DNA of 52,893 bases from Nitriliruptoraceae bacterium (GCA_007118045.1 SKTG01000068.1:1-52893), one strand, 5' to 3'. Positions 27,791 to 38,178 are shown, counted from the stretch's first letter. The notes: a model not told the origin generated them from the letters alone. Program-made: numbers and translations.

Positions 27791-29311
27791 ATGACCGCAT
27801 CGTTCATCGGCGCGATCGACCAGGGCACCACGAGCACCCGCTTCATGGTGTTCGACCACGGTGGCAACGAGATCGCCAAACACCAGCTCGAACACGAGCA
27901 GATCATGCCCCGAGCGGGCTGGGTCGAACACGACCCGACCGAGATCTGGGAGCGGGCGCGCACGGTCATCGAGACCGGGCTGTCTCACGCACGGATGTCG
28001 GCCGAGGATCTTGCCGCACTCGGTGTCACGAACCAGCGCGAGACTACGGTGGTGTGGGATCCGAGGACGGGGCGTCCCTACTACAACGCGATCGTGTGGC
28101 AGGACACCCGCACCGACCGGATCGCCTCCGCACTGGAGCGCGACGGCAAGGGCCAGGTCATCCGGGAGAAGGCCGGCATCCCGCCTGCCACCTACTTCTC
28201 CGGCGGCAAGATCCAGTGGATCCTGGACAACGTCGACGGGGTACGCGTCGCAGCCGAGCGTGGGGAGGCGCTGTTCGGCAACACCGACACCTGGATCCTG
28301 TGGCACCTGACGGGCGGCCGCGACGGCGGCGCCCACGTCACCGACGTGACGAACGCCAGCCGCACCATGCTCATGGATCTGGAGACGCTGGACTGGGACG
28401 ACGAGCTGCTCGGGTTCTTCGGCATCCCGCGCCAGATGCTGCCCGAGATCCGACCGTCCTCGGACCCCACCTTCTATGGCACGACACGACCGAGCGGACC
28501 CTTCGCAGCGGAGATCCCGATCGCCGGGGACCTCGGTGACCAGCAGGCCGCGACGGTCGGTCAGGTCTGCTTCTCCCCGGGTGAGGGTAAGAACACCTAC
28601 GGGACGGGCAACTTCCTGCTCCTCAACACCGGCACGGAGCCCATCCGTTCCGGCAACGGCCTGCTCACGACCGTCGGCTACCGCATGGGCGACGCCGCAC
28701 CGGTCTACTGCCTCGAGGGTTCGATCGCCGTGACGGGATCGGCGATCCAGTGGCTGCGTGATCAGTTCGACATCATCGGCAACGCGGCGGAGACCGAGGG
28801 GTTGGCCGGTTCGGTCGATGACAGCGGTGGCATGTACTTCGTCCCCGCCTTCTCCGGGCTGTTCGCGCCCTACTGGCGCTCCGACGCACGTGGCGCGATC
28901 GTCGGGCTCTCGCGCTTCAACACGAAGGCACACCTGGTCCGAGCCACGCTCGAGTCGATCTGCTTCCAATCGCGTGACGTTGCCGAGGCGATGGAGAAGG
29001 ACTCCGGGGTGCACCTGGAGTCCCTCAGGGTCGATGGCGGCGCGACCGTCAACAACGTGCTGATGCAGCTGCAGGCCGACATCCTGGGCGTGCCCGTGTC
29101 GCGGCCGGTGGTATCGGAAACCACCAGTCTGGGCGCGGCGTACGCAGCCGGGCTCGCGGTGGGGTTCTGGGAGAACGAGGACTCGCTCCGCTCCAACTGG
29201 AACGAGGACCGCCGCTGGGAGCCACGGTGGAGCGAGAACCAGCGGGAGAGCGCGTACGCCGGATGGAAGAAGGCGGTCGAACGTACCTTCGACTGGGTGG
29301 AGGTCGAGTAG
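27791..29311 (+). CDS. glpK: glycerol kinase
   Basis: [42 protein letters not shown] and VDGGAT. Confidence 0.95.
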   Translation: MTASFIGAIDQGTTSTRFMVFDHGGNEIAKHQLEHEQIMPRAGWVEHDPTEIWERARTVIETGLSHARMSAEDLAALGVTNQRETTVVWDPRTGRPYYNAIVWQDTRTDRIASALERDGKGQVIREKAGIPPATYFSGGKIQWILDNVDGVRVAAERGEALFGNTDTWILWHLTGGRDGGAHVTDVTNASRTMLMDLETLDWDDELLGFFGIPRQMLPEIRPSSDPTFYGTTRPSGPFAAEIPIAGDLGDQQAATVGQVCFSPGEGKNTYGTGNFLLLNTGTEPIRSGNGLLTTVGYRMGDAAPVYCLEGSIAVTGSAIQWLRDQFDIIGNAAETEGLAGSVDDSGGMYFVPAFSGLFAPYWRSDARGAIVGLSRFNTKAHLVRATLESICFQSRDVAEAMEKDSGVHLESLRVDGGATVNNVLMQLQADILGVPVSRPVVSETTSLGAAYAAGLAVGFWENEDSLRSNWNEDRRWEPRWSENQRESAYAGWKKAVERTFDWVEVE

Positions 29312-29359
29312 GGGCGGGACCACGTCACGCCAGAGCGTCCGCGGTCGCGCCCCGCCGGC

Positions 29360-31060
29360 TCAGCCGGTCGGTCCGACCCTGACGTCTCGAGCACCCAGCC
29401 GAGCCGCGTCGGCGGTCTGGTCGTCCGGCATCCGCTGGGATTCGACCTCCGCGGCCACGCGGGCCTCGTAGTGCTCGATCTCCCGCGCGACGTCGTCCTC
29501 GTCCCATCCGAGCACCTCGGCCATGCGTCGCGCCGCGACCCTGGCGGCAGCCACGCCCCGATCGAACGTCTCGATCGAGATCCGGGTCCGGCGGGTGAGC
29601 ACGTCATCAAGGTGGCGTGCCCCCTCGTGGCTGGCGGCGTAGAACAGCTCCACCTCGAGGTAGTCATCGGCGCCGTCAACGGGCACACCGAGCTCTGGCC
29701 GGGCCGAGACGAGATCGAGCAGCTCCGTGATCAGAGAGCCGTAACGTCCGAGCAGGTGCTCGATCCGGGTCGGGTGCAAGCCGGACTCCTCAGCGAGCCG
29801 GTGCCGTTGGTTCCGCATCGCGTGGTAGCCCTGGGCGCCGAGCAGCGGCGTGCGGTCGGTGACCGACGGGGTCGCACCCGTTGCGAGGCTACGCAGTGCC
29901 GCATCGACCGCGTCCTTGGCCATCACGCGGTAGGTGGTGTACTTCCCACCAGCGACGGTGATCAGCCCCGCCACCGACTGTGCGACCGCGTGTTCGCGTG
30001 ACAATCTGCTGGTCGCAGCGGACTCGCCAGTGAGCAGGGGGCGCAGCCCTGCTTGCACACCCTCGACATCCTCCTGGGTCAACGGCGTGCTGAGCACGTC
30101 GTTGACGCGATCCAGGAGGTACTGGATGTCGCTGGCCGACGCCGCCGGATGCGCCAGATCGAGGTCCCAGTCGGTGTCGGTGGTCCCGATCAGCCAGTGC
30201 CGTCCCCACGGGATGACGAACAGTACGGACGTCTCCGTGCGCAGGATGATGCCCGAATCCGAGTGGATGCGGTCCCGCGGAACCACCAGGTGGATGCCCT
30301 TCGATGCCCGAACGTTGATCCGTCCACGTCCCGCCATCGACTGGATCTCGTCCGACCAGACACCGGTCGCGTTGATCACCTGCCGGGCATGCACCTCGAG
30401 TTCCCGACCACCCTCGTGATCGATCACGTGCGCGCCGACGACCCGCTCGCCTTCTCGCAGCAATCCGACGACCCGGGTCGAGGTCATCACGGCGGCGCCG
30501 AACGCGGCAGCGGTCCGTGCGATCTCCATCGTGTGCCGTGCGTCATCGACCTGCGCGTCGTAGTAGCGGATGGCGCCGACCATGGCGTCGGCGCGCAGGG
30601 CCGGTGCGAGCTCAGCGATCCCGCGCCGGGTCAGGTGACGGTGCCGCGGCAGCTGCTTCGCCCCGCCGATCGTGTCGTACATGGCGATGCCGGCACCCAC
30701 GTACAGTCGCTCCCATCCCCGATGCTGGAGCGGGTACAGGAAGGAGACCGGTCGCACGAGGTGCGGCGCGAGCTCGTGCAGCAGCAGTCCACGCTCCTTG
30801 AGCGCCTCACGAACCAGGGAGAAGTTCAGCTGTTCCAGGTAGCGCAACCCCCCGTGGATCAGCTTCGACGACCGGCTCGACGTGCCTGCCCCGAGGTCGC
30901 GTTGCTCGACCAACGCCACGCTCAAGCCACGCGTGGCTGCATCCAGCGCGATACCTGCACCGGTGACGCCACCGCCGATCACCAGGATGTCGAAGACCTC
31001 GTCGCTCATCCGGACGAGGTCGGATCGCCGCCGGTCGGGTGACAGAGCGACCGGGTCCAT
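29360..31060 (-). CDS. glpD: FAD-dependent glycerol-3-phosphate dehydrogenase
   Basis: The start MDPVALS has an AGGAG Shine-Dalgarno. FDILVIGGGVTGAGIALDAATRGLSVALVEQRDLGAGTSSRSSKLIHGGLRYLEQ. The upstream 170 codons of the ORF track are rejected. Confidence 0.92.
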   Translation of the reverse strand: MDPVALSPDRRRSDLVRMSDEVFDILVIGGGVTGAGIALDAATRGLSVALVEQRDLGAGTSSRSSKLIHGGLRYLEQLNFSLVREALKERGLLLHELAPHLVRPVSFLYPLQHRGWERLYVGAGIAMYDTIGGAKQLPRHRHLTRRGIAELAPALRADAMVGAIRYYDAQVDDARHTMEIARTAAAFGAAVMTSTRVVGLLREGERVVGAHVIDHEGGRELEVHARQVINATGVWSDEIQSMAGRGRINVRASKGIHLVVPRDRIHSDSGIILRTETSVLFVIPWGRHWLIGTTDTDWDLDLAHPAASASDIQYLLDRVNDVLSTPLTQEDVEGVQAGLRPLLTGESAATSRLSREHAVAQSVAGLITVAGGKYTTYRVMAKDAVDAALRSLATGATPSVTDRTPLLGAQGYHAMRNQRHRLAEESGLHPTRIEHLLGRYGSLITELLDLVSARPELGVPVDGADDYLEVELFYAASHEGARHLDDVLTRRTRISIETFDRGVAAARVAARRMAEVLGWDEDDVAREIEHYEARVAAEVESQRMPDDQTADAARLGARDVRVGPTG

Positions 31061-31185
31061 CGGAACTCCTCGGTCCGGGAACGCGCCACAGCAGCCGTCT
31101 TCGACCCTAGCGTGGTGGTGAAGCTCTGACGAGGGCTCGTTGGTCGGAGCCGGCGCCGAGGTTTCCGGCGGCGCCCTGAGGGGCG

Positions 31186-32682
31186 TCAGACCTCGTGCTC
31201 CGCTGGGAGGCGACCGGCGGCGACCGCCTTGACCAACCTCTCGTGATCGCGCTCGGTCTGGTCGGCGTACGCGCGGGCGAACCGGCTCAGAGCGACGTCC
31301 ACCTCGTCTGACGAGCCGAGGTAGCCCACGATCATCGAGGCGCCGCTCGTACGTGCGTGGCCCTTCGCGAGCAGACGGCCACAGATGCCGGCGTAGTCGG
31401 CCATAGCGTGGGGCTTGATCTTGTGCAGCTTGATCGCGCCCTTCATGTTGCGGAACTGCCGGACGTAGAACTGGCGTCCGTCCACGGTGGTCCAACCGAG
31501 CAACGGGTCGCTGACCGTCTGCAACGCCTGCTGGTACTCGACGACCCGCTCCCCCTGGTGGGCGTGCCATGCCGAGTCACCGTGGATGAACGGAGCGATG
31601 ACCGACCGCCTCGCCTGCTTCAGCTGCAGGAACAGCACGTCGTCCGGGCTGCTGCCCTCCAACAGCGCGACGTAGGCCCGCAACCCGACGCTGCCGACGC
31701 CGACCACCTTGTGGGCGATGTCTACAAGGGTGTACCCGCCGATCACCCTCCGCCAGTGGGGTGACAGGGTCTGCAGGTACCGATCGACCCCTTCCGCCAG
31801 GCTCTCACGTTCCTGCTCCTCCAGGCGGGTGATCAGCGGCGGTTCCTCGACGATCCGGCGTTGTGACCCGTGCTCCTCGGTGAAACGGGGCAGCGCCCGG
31901 TCGCTGGTGCGGCTGCGCGCCCGACTGGAGGCCTTGTCGATGCGTTTGCGCAGCGCCTTGGTCGAGGCCAGCTCCAACAGCTGCTCGCGGTCGAGCCACT
32001 GGAACGAACGGTCGAGCAGTGGTTGCTCGTAGAGCTGCCACAACTGGTCGCGGTAGGACGCACAGCAGGCGACGACGGCATCCTCGCAGGCATCCTCGTC
32101 CGCACCGTTCTCGCGTCCGGCCACCCACACGCTGGCGCTGAGACGCCGTAGGTCCCACTCCCACGCTCCGGGATGCGCCTCGTCGAAGTCGTTCATGTCG
32201 AGCACGAGCTGTTGCTCCGGCGACGCGTAGAAGCCGAAGTTGCCGAGGTGGGCGTCGCCGCCGATCACCGGCGTGATCCCCGTCGCCGGAAGGCCCGCGA
32301 GGTCCCGGGCCATCACGCCTGCCGAGCCTCGCAGGTACCCGTACGGCGATGCCATCATGCGACCCACGCGAAGAGGCACGAGCCAGTCGATGCGCCCCTC
32401 GTGGATCGTCGCCAGCTGGTCGATCGGATCGGGACGGTCCGGCGGCTCGCCCCATTCCCCGAGCGACGACCGTGGGGTTCCCTTCCGCAGCGCCTTCCCC
32501 AGGGTGCGTCGCTGCTCGCGCGGGATGGGTCGGTCCCGCACGGATGCGTACGGGGCGCCTTCGGCGGTCGCGAGGACGACGTGACCTTCGTCGCCCGCGT
32601 CGGGCTCGAGCTCCTCGGCTACGTCACCCACCGTGCAACCTTCCCACCCCACACGCGCGCGCCCGTATGCGGCCTCGCCCAT
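31186..32682 (-). CDS. DUF2252 domain-containing protein
   Basis: SPYGYLRGSAGVMA, GDAHLGNFGFY, LDMNDFDEA and VRQFRNMKG are typical of DUF2252. The start is taken at MGEAAY. Confidence 0.8.
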   Translation of the reverse strand: MGEAAYGRARVGWEGCTVGDVAEELEPDAGDEGHVVLATAEGAPYASVRDRPIPREQRRTLGKALRKGTPRSSLGEWGEPPDRPDPIDQLATIHEGRIDWLVPLRVGRMMASPYGYLRGSAGVMARDLAGLPATGITPVIGGDAHLGNFGFYASPEQQLVLDMNDFDEAHPGAWEWDLRRLSASVWVAGRENGADEDACEDAVVACCASYRDQLWQLYEQPLLDRSFQWLDREQLLELASTKALRKRIDKASSRARSRTSDRALPRFTEEHGSQRRIVEEPPLITRLEEQERESLAEGVDRYLQTLSPHWRRVIGGYTLVDIAHKVVGVGSVGLRAYVALLEGSSPDDVLFLQLKQARRSVIAPFIHGDSAWHAHQGERVVEYQQALQTVSDPLLGWTTVDGRQFYVRQFRNMKGAIKLHKIKPHAMADYAGICGRLLAKGHARTSGASMIVGYLGSSDEVDVALSRFARAYADQTERDHERLVKAVAAGRLPAEHEV

Positions 32683-32953
32683 GGTGTCGGGCGACCGTAG
32701 CAAGCAGGATCCACCTACGTTCGTGCCACCTCGTCGGCCAGCACCGGCTCTCGCGCTGCACCCCACGAACGCTTGACGGACCGTCCGAGCCGTGGTCTGG
32801 TCGACCGGGCTGGAGGCCCGGAGATGTCGAGACCGACGAGGTTCAGGAGCCGCTGTTGGTGGCCTCGAGACGAACCGTGACCGGCCGTGCCCACCGTGGT
32901 GAGCACTGGCAGCACCCGATCATCGGTGCGCCGGCGATCGGGCGGGTGGGCCG

Positions 32954-34372
32954 TTGAGCCGCGACGTTCCACTCGAGGCCATCCTGGCGTCCCTGTCCGG
33001 ACCGATCGCCGAGTACCTGACGTCGCTCCCGTCGCGTGCGGTGTGGAGGGACGTCTCCCCTGAGGAGATCCGCCAGGTCCTCGACCGAGCACTTCCCGAC
33101 GCGCCCACGAACGCGGTCGACGTCGTCACGGACCTCGCCGCCGAGCTGGAGCCGTTCGTGACGGCACACGCGTCGGGCCGGTACTTCGGGTTCGTCATCG
33201 GGGGGCTGCATCCAGCGGCCTACGGTGCGGAACTGCTCGCGGCGAGCTGGGACCAGAACGCGGGCTTGTTCGCGCTCGCCCCCGGAGTGATGATCGCGGA
33301 GGAGATCGCCGCCCGGTGGATAGTCGAGTTGCTGTCCCTACCCGAGGAGAGCTCGGTCGGGTTCGTCACCGGGGGGCAGATGGCGAACTTCACCTGCCTC
33401 GCGGCGGCGCGGGACCACGTGCTGCGTGCGTCCGGTTGGGACGTCGAGGCGGAGGGTCTATCGGGCGCACCGAGACTCTACGTGGTGGCGAAGACCGGCG
33501 TCCACGCCACCGTGCCCCGGGCGCTGCGCTACCTCGGACTGGGCGAGCGAACCATGATCGAGGTCGCGAGCGACGATCAGGACCGCATCGTCGTCACCGA
33601 GCTCGACCGGGTCCTCCACGACCTGGATGGACCGACCATCGTCTGTGTGGAAGCCGGCAACGTCAACACCGGCGCGTTCGACGACTTCGAAGGCGTCGCC
33701 GATGCCCTCGATGCGCACCGACGGCGTGGCCATCCCAGCTGGGGTCACGTCGATGGAGCAGTGGGGCTGCTGGCGGGAGCCGTTCCCGGATACGCCACCA
33801 CGACCGCGGCCCTGGCACGACTGGACTCGTGGTCCACCGATGGTCACAAGCTCCTGAACGTGGCCTACGACTGCGGTGTCGCGATCACCCGTCACTCCGC
33901 GGCGCATCGCGCCGCGATGAGCGTGCATGCCGACTACCTGGTGCGCGACGAGGACCCGGTCCGCGAAGCGCTCGACTGGAACCCGGAGTTCTCACGCCGC
34001 GCACGTGGCCTGGGCGTGTACGCGACGTTGCGCTCGCTCGGACGCTCCGGCGTCGTCGAGGTCGTCGAGCGGACGACCCGACTCGCCCGGAGGTTCGCGA
34101 AGCTCCTCGGCGACAGTGGCTACGCCCAGGTCGTCAACGACGTGGCGTTCAACCAGGTGCTGGTGCACTGGCCACCCCCGCCAGGATGGAGCTCGGACGC
34201 GTGGAACGACGAGATCATCGCTCGGGTACAGCGTGACGGTACGGCCTTCTTCAGCGGCACGACCTGGCGCGGTCAGCGGATGATGCGGATCTCGGTATCC
34301 GACCACGCGACCGATGAACCCGATGTGGACCGTGCTGTGGCTGCGCTCGTTCGTGGCGTCGAGGCGGGTTGA
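32954..34372 (+). CDS. group II pyridoxal-dependent decarboxylase family protein
   Basis: FVTGGQMANFTCL, VEAGNVNTGAFDD, HVDGAVG and DSWSTDGHKLLNVAYDCG (PLP lysine). TTG start at 32954. Confidence 0.85.
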   Translation: MSRDVPLEAILASLSGPIAEYLTSLPSRAVWRDVSPEEIRQVLDRALPDAPTNAVDVVTDLAAELEPFVTAHASGRYFGFVIGGLHPAAYGAELLAASWDQNAGLFALAPGVMIAEEIAARWIVELLSLPEESSVGFVTGGQMANFTCLAAARDHVLRASGWDVEAEGLSGAPRLYVVAKTGVHATVPRALRYLGLGERTMIEVASDDQDRIVVTELDRVLHDLDGPTIVCVEAGNVNTGAFDDFEGVADALDAHRRRGHPSWGHVDGAVGLLAGAVPGYATTTAALARLDSWSTDGHKLLNVAYDCGVAITRHSAAHRAAMSVHADYLVRDEDPVREALDWNPEFSRRARGLGVYATLRSLGRSGVVEVVERTTRLARRFAKLLGDSGYAQVVNDVAFNQVLVHWPPPPGWSSDAWNDEIIARVQRDGTAFFSGTTWRGQRMMRISVSDHATDEPDVDRAVAALVRGVEAG

Positions 34373-34502
34373 CTTCCGTGTACGGGGTGTGACGGAGCAG
34401 TGGTGGGACCGCGCCGAGCTCGAGACGGCACCACTGTCCCCAGGCCAGGGTGGGGGCTTTCCCGGGCGCTGGCGTGCTGTTCGCACTCGTGGCCTTCGGT
34501 GA

Positions 34503-35731
34503 GTCCGAACTGGGCTGGACCGCCTGATCGCGGTCGATGACGGCAGCACCGTCTCGGCCCGTCAGCTGGTGCTCGCCACGGGGCTGGTCGATGAGCTCCC
34601 CGATGTCGACGGCCTCGGCGACCGGTGGGGCCGGGACGTCGTGCACTGCCCCTACTGCCACGGCTGGGAGATCCGCGACCAGGTCATCGGCGTGCTGGCC
34701 ACCTCACCGATGGCCCTCCATCAGGCCGCGCTGTTTCGGCAACTCAGTGACCGCGTGCTGTTGCTGCGTCACCAGGTGGATCGGTCGATGCGGACCGCCT
34801 CGAAGCGTTGACGGCGCGGGCTGTCGAGGTGGTCGACGGCGAGGTGGTCGCGCTCGAGGTGCACGACGACCGCCTGTCAGGCGTCCGCCTCGCCGAGGGG
34901 ACCGTGGTGGCGCTCGACGCGCTGGCGGTCGCCAGCCGGGTCGCGGTACGCGACGAGTTGCTGGGCGGGCTCGGTGTCGCCACGGCCCAGCACCCCTCGG
35001 GGATGGGGCAGCACGTCCCGGCCGACTCCATGGGCCGGACCGACGTCGAAGGCGTGTGGGTGGCGGGCACCGTCACCGACCCGTCGGCGCAGGTCATCGT
35101 GGCCGCCGCCCAGGGCAACCGCTGGGACGCCTTCTACGCCGGGAACGGGGACGGCGCCACGCTGTGGTCGGGCAGCCCAACGGCAGCCTCGTCGCCGAGG
35201 TCGGCGACCTCGCACCGGGCAGGGCGCTGGACGTCGGGTGTGGAGAGGGAGCGGACGCGATCTGGCTCGCACACCGAGGATGGAAGGTCACGGCCCTCGA
35301 CCCGTCGGCTGTGGCCCTCGATCGTGCCGCGACCGCTGCCGCCGAGGCGCAGGCCACGGTCGTGTGGATGCACGGTGGGTTGATCGGGAGGGCGGGCGAG
35401 CTGGACACGTTCGACCTCGTGTCCGTGCAGTACGGCGTCCTGCCCTCGGACACCGAGTCGACGGCGATCCGGCTGCTGTGCCGTGCCGTTGCCCCGGGCG
35501 GGAGACTGCTGGTCGTCCATCACGAGCTCGAGCTCGCGCGGGACGGCCACGCCTCGTTCGATCCGGCCAGCCGCCTGATGCCCGACGACGTCGCCCGCCC
35601 TCCTCGGAGACGAGTGGCAGATCGAGACCCACGAGCGACGCCAGCGACCGGGCGCGATCCCGACCGAGGTGCGAGACGTCCGTGACATCGTGTTGCGGAC
35701 CCGTCGACTCGGTGAACTGCCGACCGCCTGA
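34503..35731 (+). pseudogene. decayed bifunctional thioredoxin-reductase-like FAD oxidoreductase / class I SAM methyltransferase (5'-truncated, three frameshifts)
   Basis: The homologous sequence runs across three frames. LVLATGLVDELPDVDGLGDRWGRDVVHCPYCHGWE is followed by a shift at ~34775. ARAVEVVDGEV...GVWVAGTVTD...RWDAFYAGN..LWSG is followed by a shift at ~35170. QPNGSLVAEVGDLAPGRALDVGCGEGADAIWL...LLVVHH...DDVA is followed by a shift at ~35597, then LLGDEWQIETHERR...VLRTRRL and a stop at 35729-35731. The N-terminal FAD GxGxxG region is absent. Confidence 0.7.
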
Positions 35732-35865
35732 TGGGCTCCGAGTCGACCACTACCCGGCGCGACTTGGCCAGTCGTGCAGGGCAGCCCCGGGGTCGATGGC
35801 TGGCGTGATCGGGCGGGTCGGGGACATCGGCCGATCCCCGATGCTCGCCTGGCTGCGTTGCTCGT

Positions 35866-36447
35866 TCAGCGGTCGCGTAAGCCCTTGCCGTCGAGGATCC
35901 GCGAGATGATGCCGTCGACGCGGCGCTCACGGGTGCTGGCCTGCTTCGCGTTCGAGACGTGCAGGTTGTACTCACGCTGGCGACCGGGTGTGAGATCGTC
36001 GAAGGCAGCGGCCAGCTCCGGATCGCGCGCGAGTCGTTCCTGCAGTTCCTCGGCCAGGCCTTCCTCGGCGCGGGGCGGCAGCGCGGTGCCCGCCTTCTCG
36101 ACGGCCATGGCCTCGGAGACGTAGGCGGTCACGACCTCAGCGGACCGCTTCACCTCGTCGGCGGAGCGGAAGGTCATCCGTCGGGCAGCGTGCGAGTTGG
36201 GGCCATGCTGCTCGAGAACGCCCGCCGGATCTTCCAGGAGGATCCCCTTGAAGAACATCAGGGCGAGGTGATCCGCGAACTCCTGGATGAGTGCGACGTT
36301 GCGGCCCCCCAAGGCGTAACAGGGCTTGCCCCACTTGATGTGCTCGTCCAGTCCGGCGTCGAGCAGCAGCGGCCGCAGCGCGGCGATCACGTCGGGCCAC
36401 TGATCCGATGCCTCGAGGTAGGCATCGACGTCGGAGAATTCCTGCAC
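35866..36447 (-). CDS. DUF1801 (YdhG-like) + YdeI/OmpD-associated family protein
   Basis: Intact 193-aa ORF with VDAYLEA...IKWGKPCYALGGRNVALIQEF and the C-terminal PGRQREYNLHVSNAKQASTRERRV. Confidence 0.78.
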   Translation of the reverse strand: MQEFSDVDAYLEASDQWPDVIAALRPLLLDAGLDEHIKWGKPCYALGGRNVALIQEFADHLALMFFKGILLEDPAGVLEQHGPNSHAARRMTFRSADEVKRSAEVVTAYVSEAMAVEKAGTALPPRAEEGLAEELQERLARDPELAAAFDDLTPGRQREYNLHVSNAKQASTRERRVDGIISRILDGKGLRDR

Positions 36448-36472
36448 GCTGCGCTCCGTGGGGTCGTCGCGG

Positions 36473-36990
36473 TCAGCTCGAGATGTAGGCCTCGAGCTTG
36501 TCGAGGTACTGCTTGTAGCCGTACTTCATCCCGACGGCAGCCATCTTCGCGCCGGAGCCGATGTCGGTGACGCTGATGGTGAGGCTCAGGCTCGTCCCTG
36601 CCCCGGTGTCAGCGAGCACCAGTTCGTTCACGTGCTCGATCGTGGTCGCCTCCTGCTGGTCATCCTGCCACGAACGTGCGGCGTAGACGAGCCGGAGTGG
36701 CTGCTCGACCTCGGTGAAGGTGCCCTCCATCGGCCAACGGGTACCCGCGTACTTGCCCATCGCCTCGGTCGCCTGCATGACGATGAAGATCCTGCGCCGG
36801 TCCGAACATCGATCTCGCAATCGGTCACGACGGTCCTCTCCGGCCCCCACCACTCACGGACGGCGTCGGGACGGGTCATGGCGTCCCACACGGCCTCGAT
36901 GGGCACGGCATAGGTGCGCTCGAAGGAGAGGACGTCGTCCTTTCCCAACAGCAGCTTGAGTATCGCTGATCCTGTCGTGGTCGTCGGCAT
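36473..36990 (-). pseudogene. SRPBCC/AHSA1 (activator of Hsp90 ATPase homolog-like) protein with a single frameshift
   Basis: The N-terminal part FERTYAVPIEAVWDAMTRPDAVREWWGP...CEIDVRTG is in one frame. The C-terminal part IFIVMQATEAMGKYAGTRWPMEGTFTEV...KYGYKQYLDKLEAYI is in another. The junction at ~36795 is consistent with a 1-nt loss (GGCGGC to GGCGC). Confidence 0.68.
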
Positions 36991-37013
36991 CGCCGGAGGA
37001 CGAAGTAGGGCCT

Positions 37014-37339
37014 TCAGTCGTTCCGTGCCGTCGGGTCGGCATCGTGGTCGAGGCGATCGAGGTAGGCGTCCAACGAGTCGAGACGCGTCTCCCACAGCGA
37101 CCCGAACGAGTCGACCCAGTCCGCCAGCTCCTCGAAGGGCTCCGGTCGCAGCCGGTGAACCAGACGTCGTGCGTCCCGCTCGGCACTGACGACTCCGGCC
37201 TCGCGCAGGACCTGCAGGTGCTTGGACGCCTGGGGTTGGCGGATGGCGAGGGTCTCGCAATGCCCACCTCGTGAGCATCCATGACCTGCGACCGAGCCCC
37301 GCCGCTCCATCGGGTCGATCGCCGGATGCGCGCCACGGG
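37014..37339 (-). CDS. ArsR/SmtB-family HTH regulator; the N-terminal third looks aberrant (possible paired frameshifts)
   Basis: Clear recognition helix and wing: LAIRQPQASKHLQVLREAGVVSAERDARRLVHRLRPEPFEELADWVDSFGSLWETRLDSLDAYL. Upstream, the in-frame sequence is Gly-rich nonsense (GSVAGHGCSRGGHC), while an alternative frame reads RSQVMDAHEVG. Confidence 0.5.
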
Positions 37340-38178
37340 TCAGGGTCGGTCGATCGGCTCCACGGTGGGGAGACGCCACGTCCCGTCGAGGATCTCCGGT
37401 TGGGGCCGGTAGAGCCGAACCGTGTAGTTCCACCCCTCCATGATGGGGACGCAGTTGATGCTGTACGCCGCCGGCTCGTTCGGCTCGAAGAAGCCGTCCG
37501 CGTTGTAGACAGAGACCGACCAGAAGCCGTCGACCGGCCTCGCCGACGGTCAGTCGGTACTCCCCGACGGGCAGACGGGGTTCCACGATGAGGTAGATCG
37601 CCTCTCGCTCCGGCAACCCGCCCCATCCGGCAGCCGCGCCCACCAGATGGTGGACCGGATCGACCTCGTCCGGGGCGCCGAAGGTTCCCTCAGAGCTCGT
37701 CGAGTAGCGAGCCAGGTCCTTCAGCGCCGAGCGCACACCATCGAAGCTGGTCTTCCCGTAGGGCGGCATCACGAAGGGCTCCGCCGACGGTGCCTGAAGA
37801 CCGAACGCGTCCTGGAGCCTCGCGACGGCGTCGAGATCGGCGGGGATCTGCTACCGACGACGTTCATGTCGAGCTCGTACTGCCCCGCATCGTGGAGGAC
37901 GTCGGTGATGTAGTGATCCTGGCTCACCACCACGACCGACAGGTAGCGCTCACCGGCATCCGACACGGTGACGGTCGCCCCCTCACCCAGGTCCACGACC
38001 GCGGTGTTTCAGAGGGTGTCACGGTTCATCCGGACCACCACCTGATCATCGACATCCGCGGGCTCACGGCATGCCGCCAGCGTTGATACCGCCGGCGGAA
38101 GCCATGATGTCGGCTCGCGAGCACGCGATCGGACTCGGCGCGGACGAAGTTGTCGACGCTGACGGGGATGCGTCCCAT
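37340..38178 (-). pseudogene. decayed DUF1254/DUF1214 family protein (four frameshifts plus one in-frame TGA)
   Basis: Family-typical segments are scattered over three frames. They are MGRIPVSVDNFVRAESDRVLAS, ADIMASAGGINAGG, REPADVDDQVVVRMNRDTL followed by TGA (38009-38011) and NTAVVDLGEGATVTVSDAGERYLSV, then IPADLDAVARLQDAFGL...DPVHHLVGAAAGWGGLPEREAIYL...YRLTVGE, then [21 protein letters not shown]...[17 protein letters not shown] and a stop at 37340-37342. Confidence 0.7.

Noticed and set aside
34314-34502. 62-aa ORF overlapping the end of the decarboxylase gene, considered as a possible remnant of the missing N-terminus of the TrxR-like gene.
   Set aside because: The translation (..WWDRAELETAPLSPGQGGGFPGRW..) shows no FAD-binding GxGxxG or other TrxR-like motif.
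38009-38011. In-frame TGA in the DUF1254 gene as a selenocysteine or readthrough codon.
   Set aside because: The gene also carries four frameshifts. The position is a conserved Tyr/Ser site, not a redox Cys. No SECIS-like hairpin follows.
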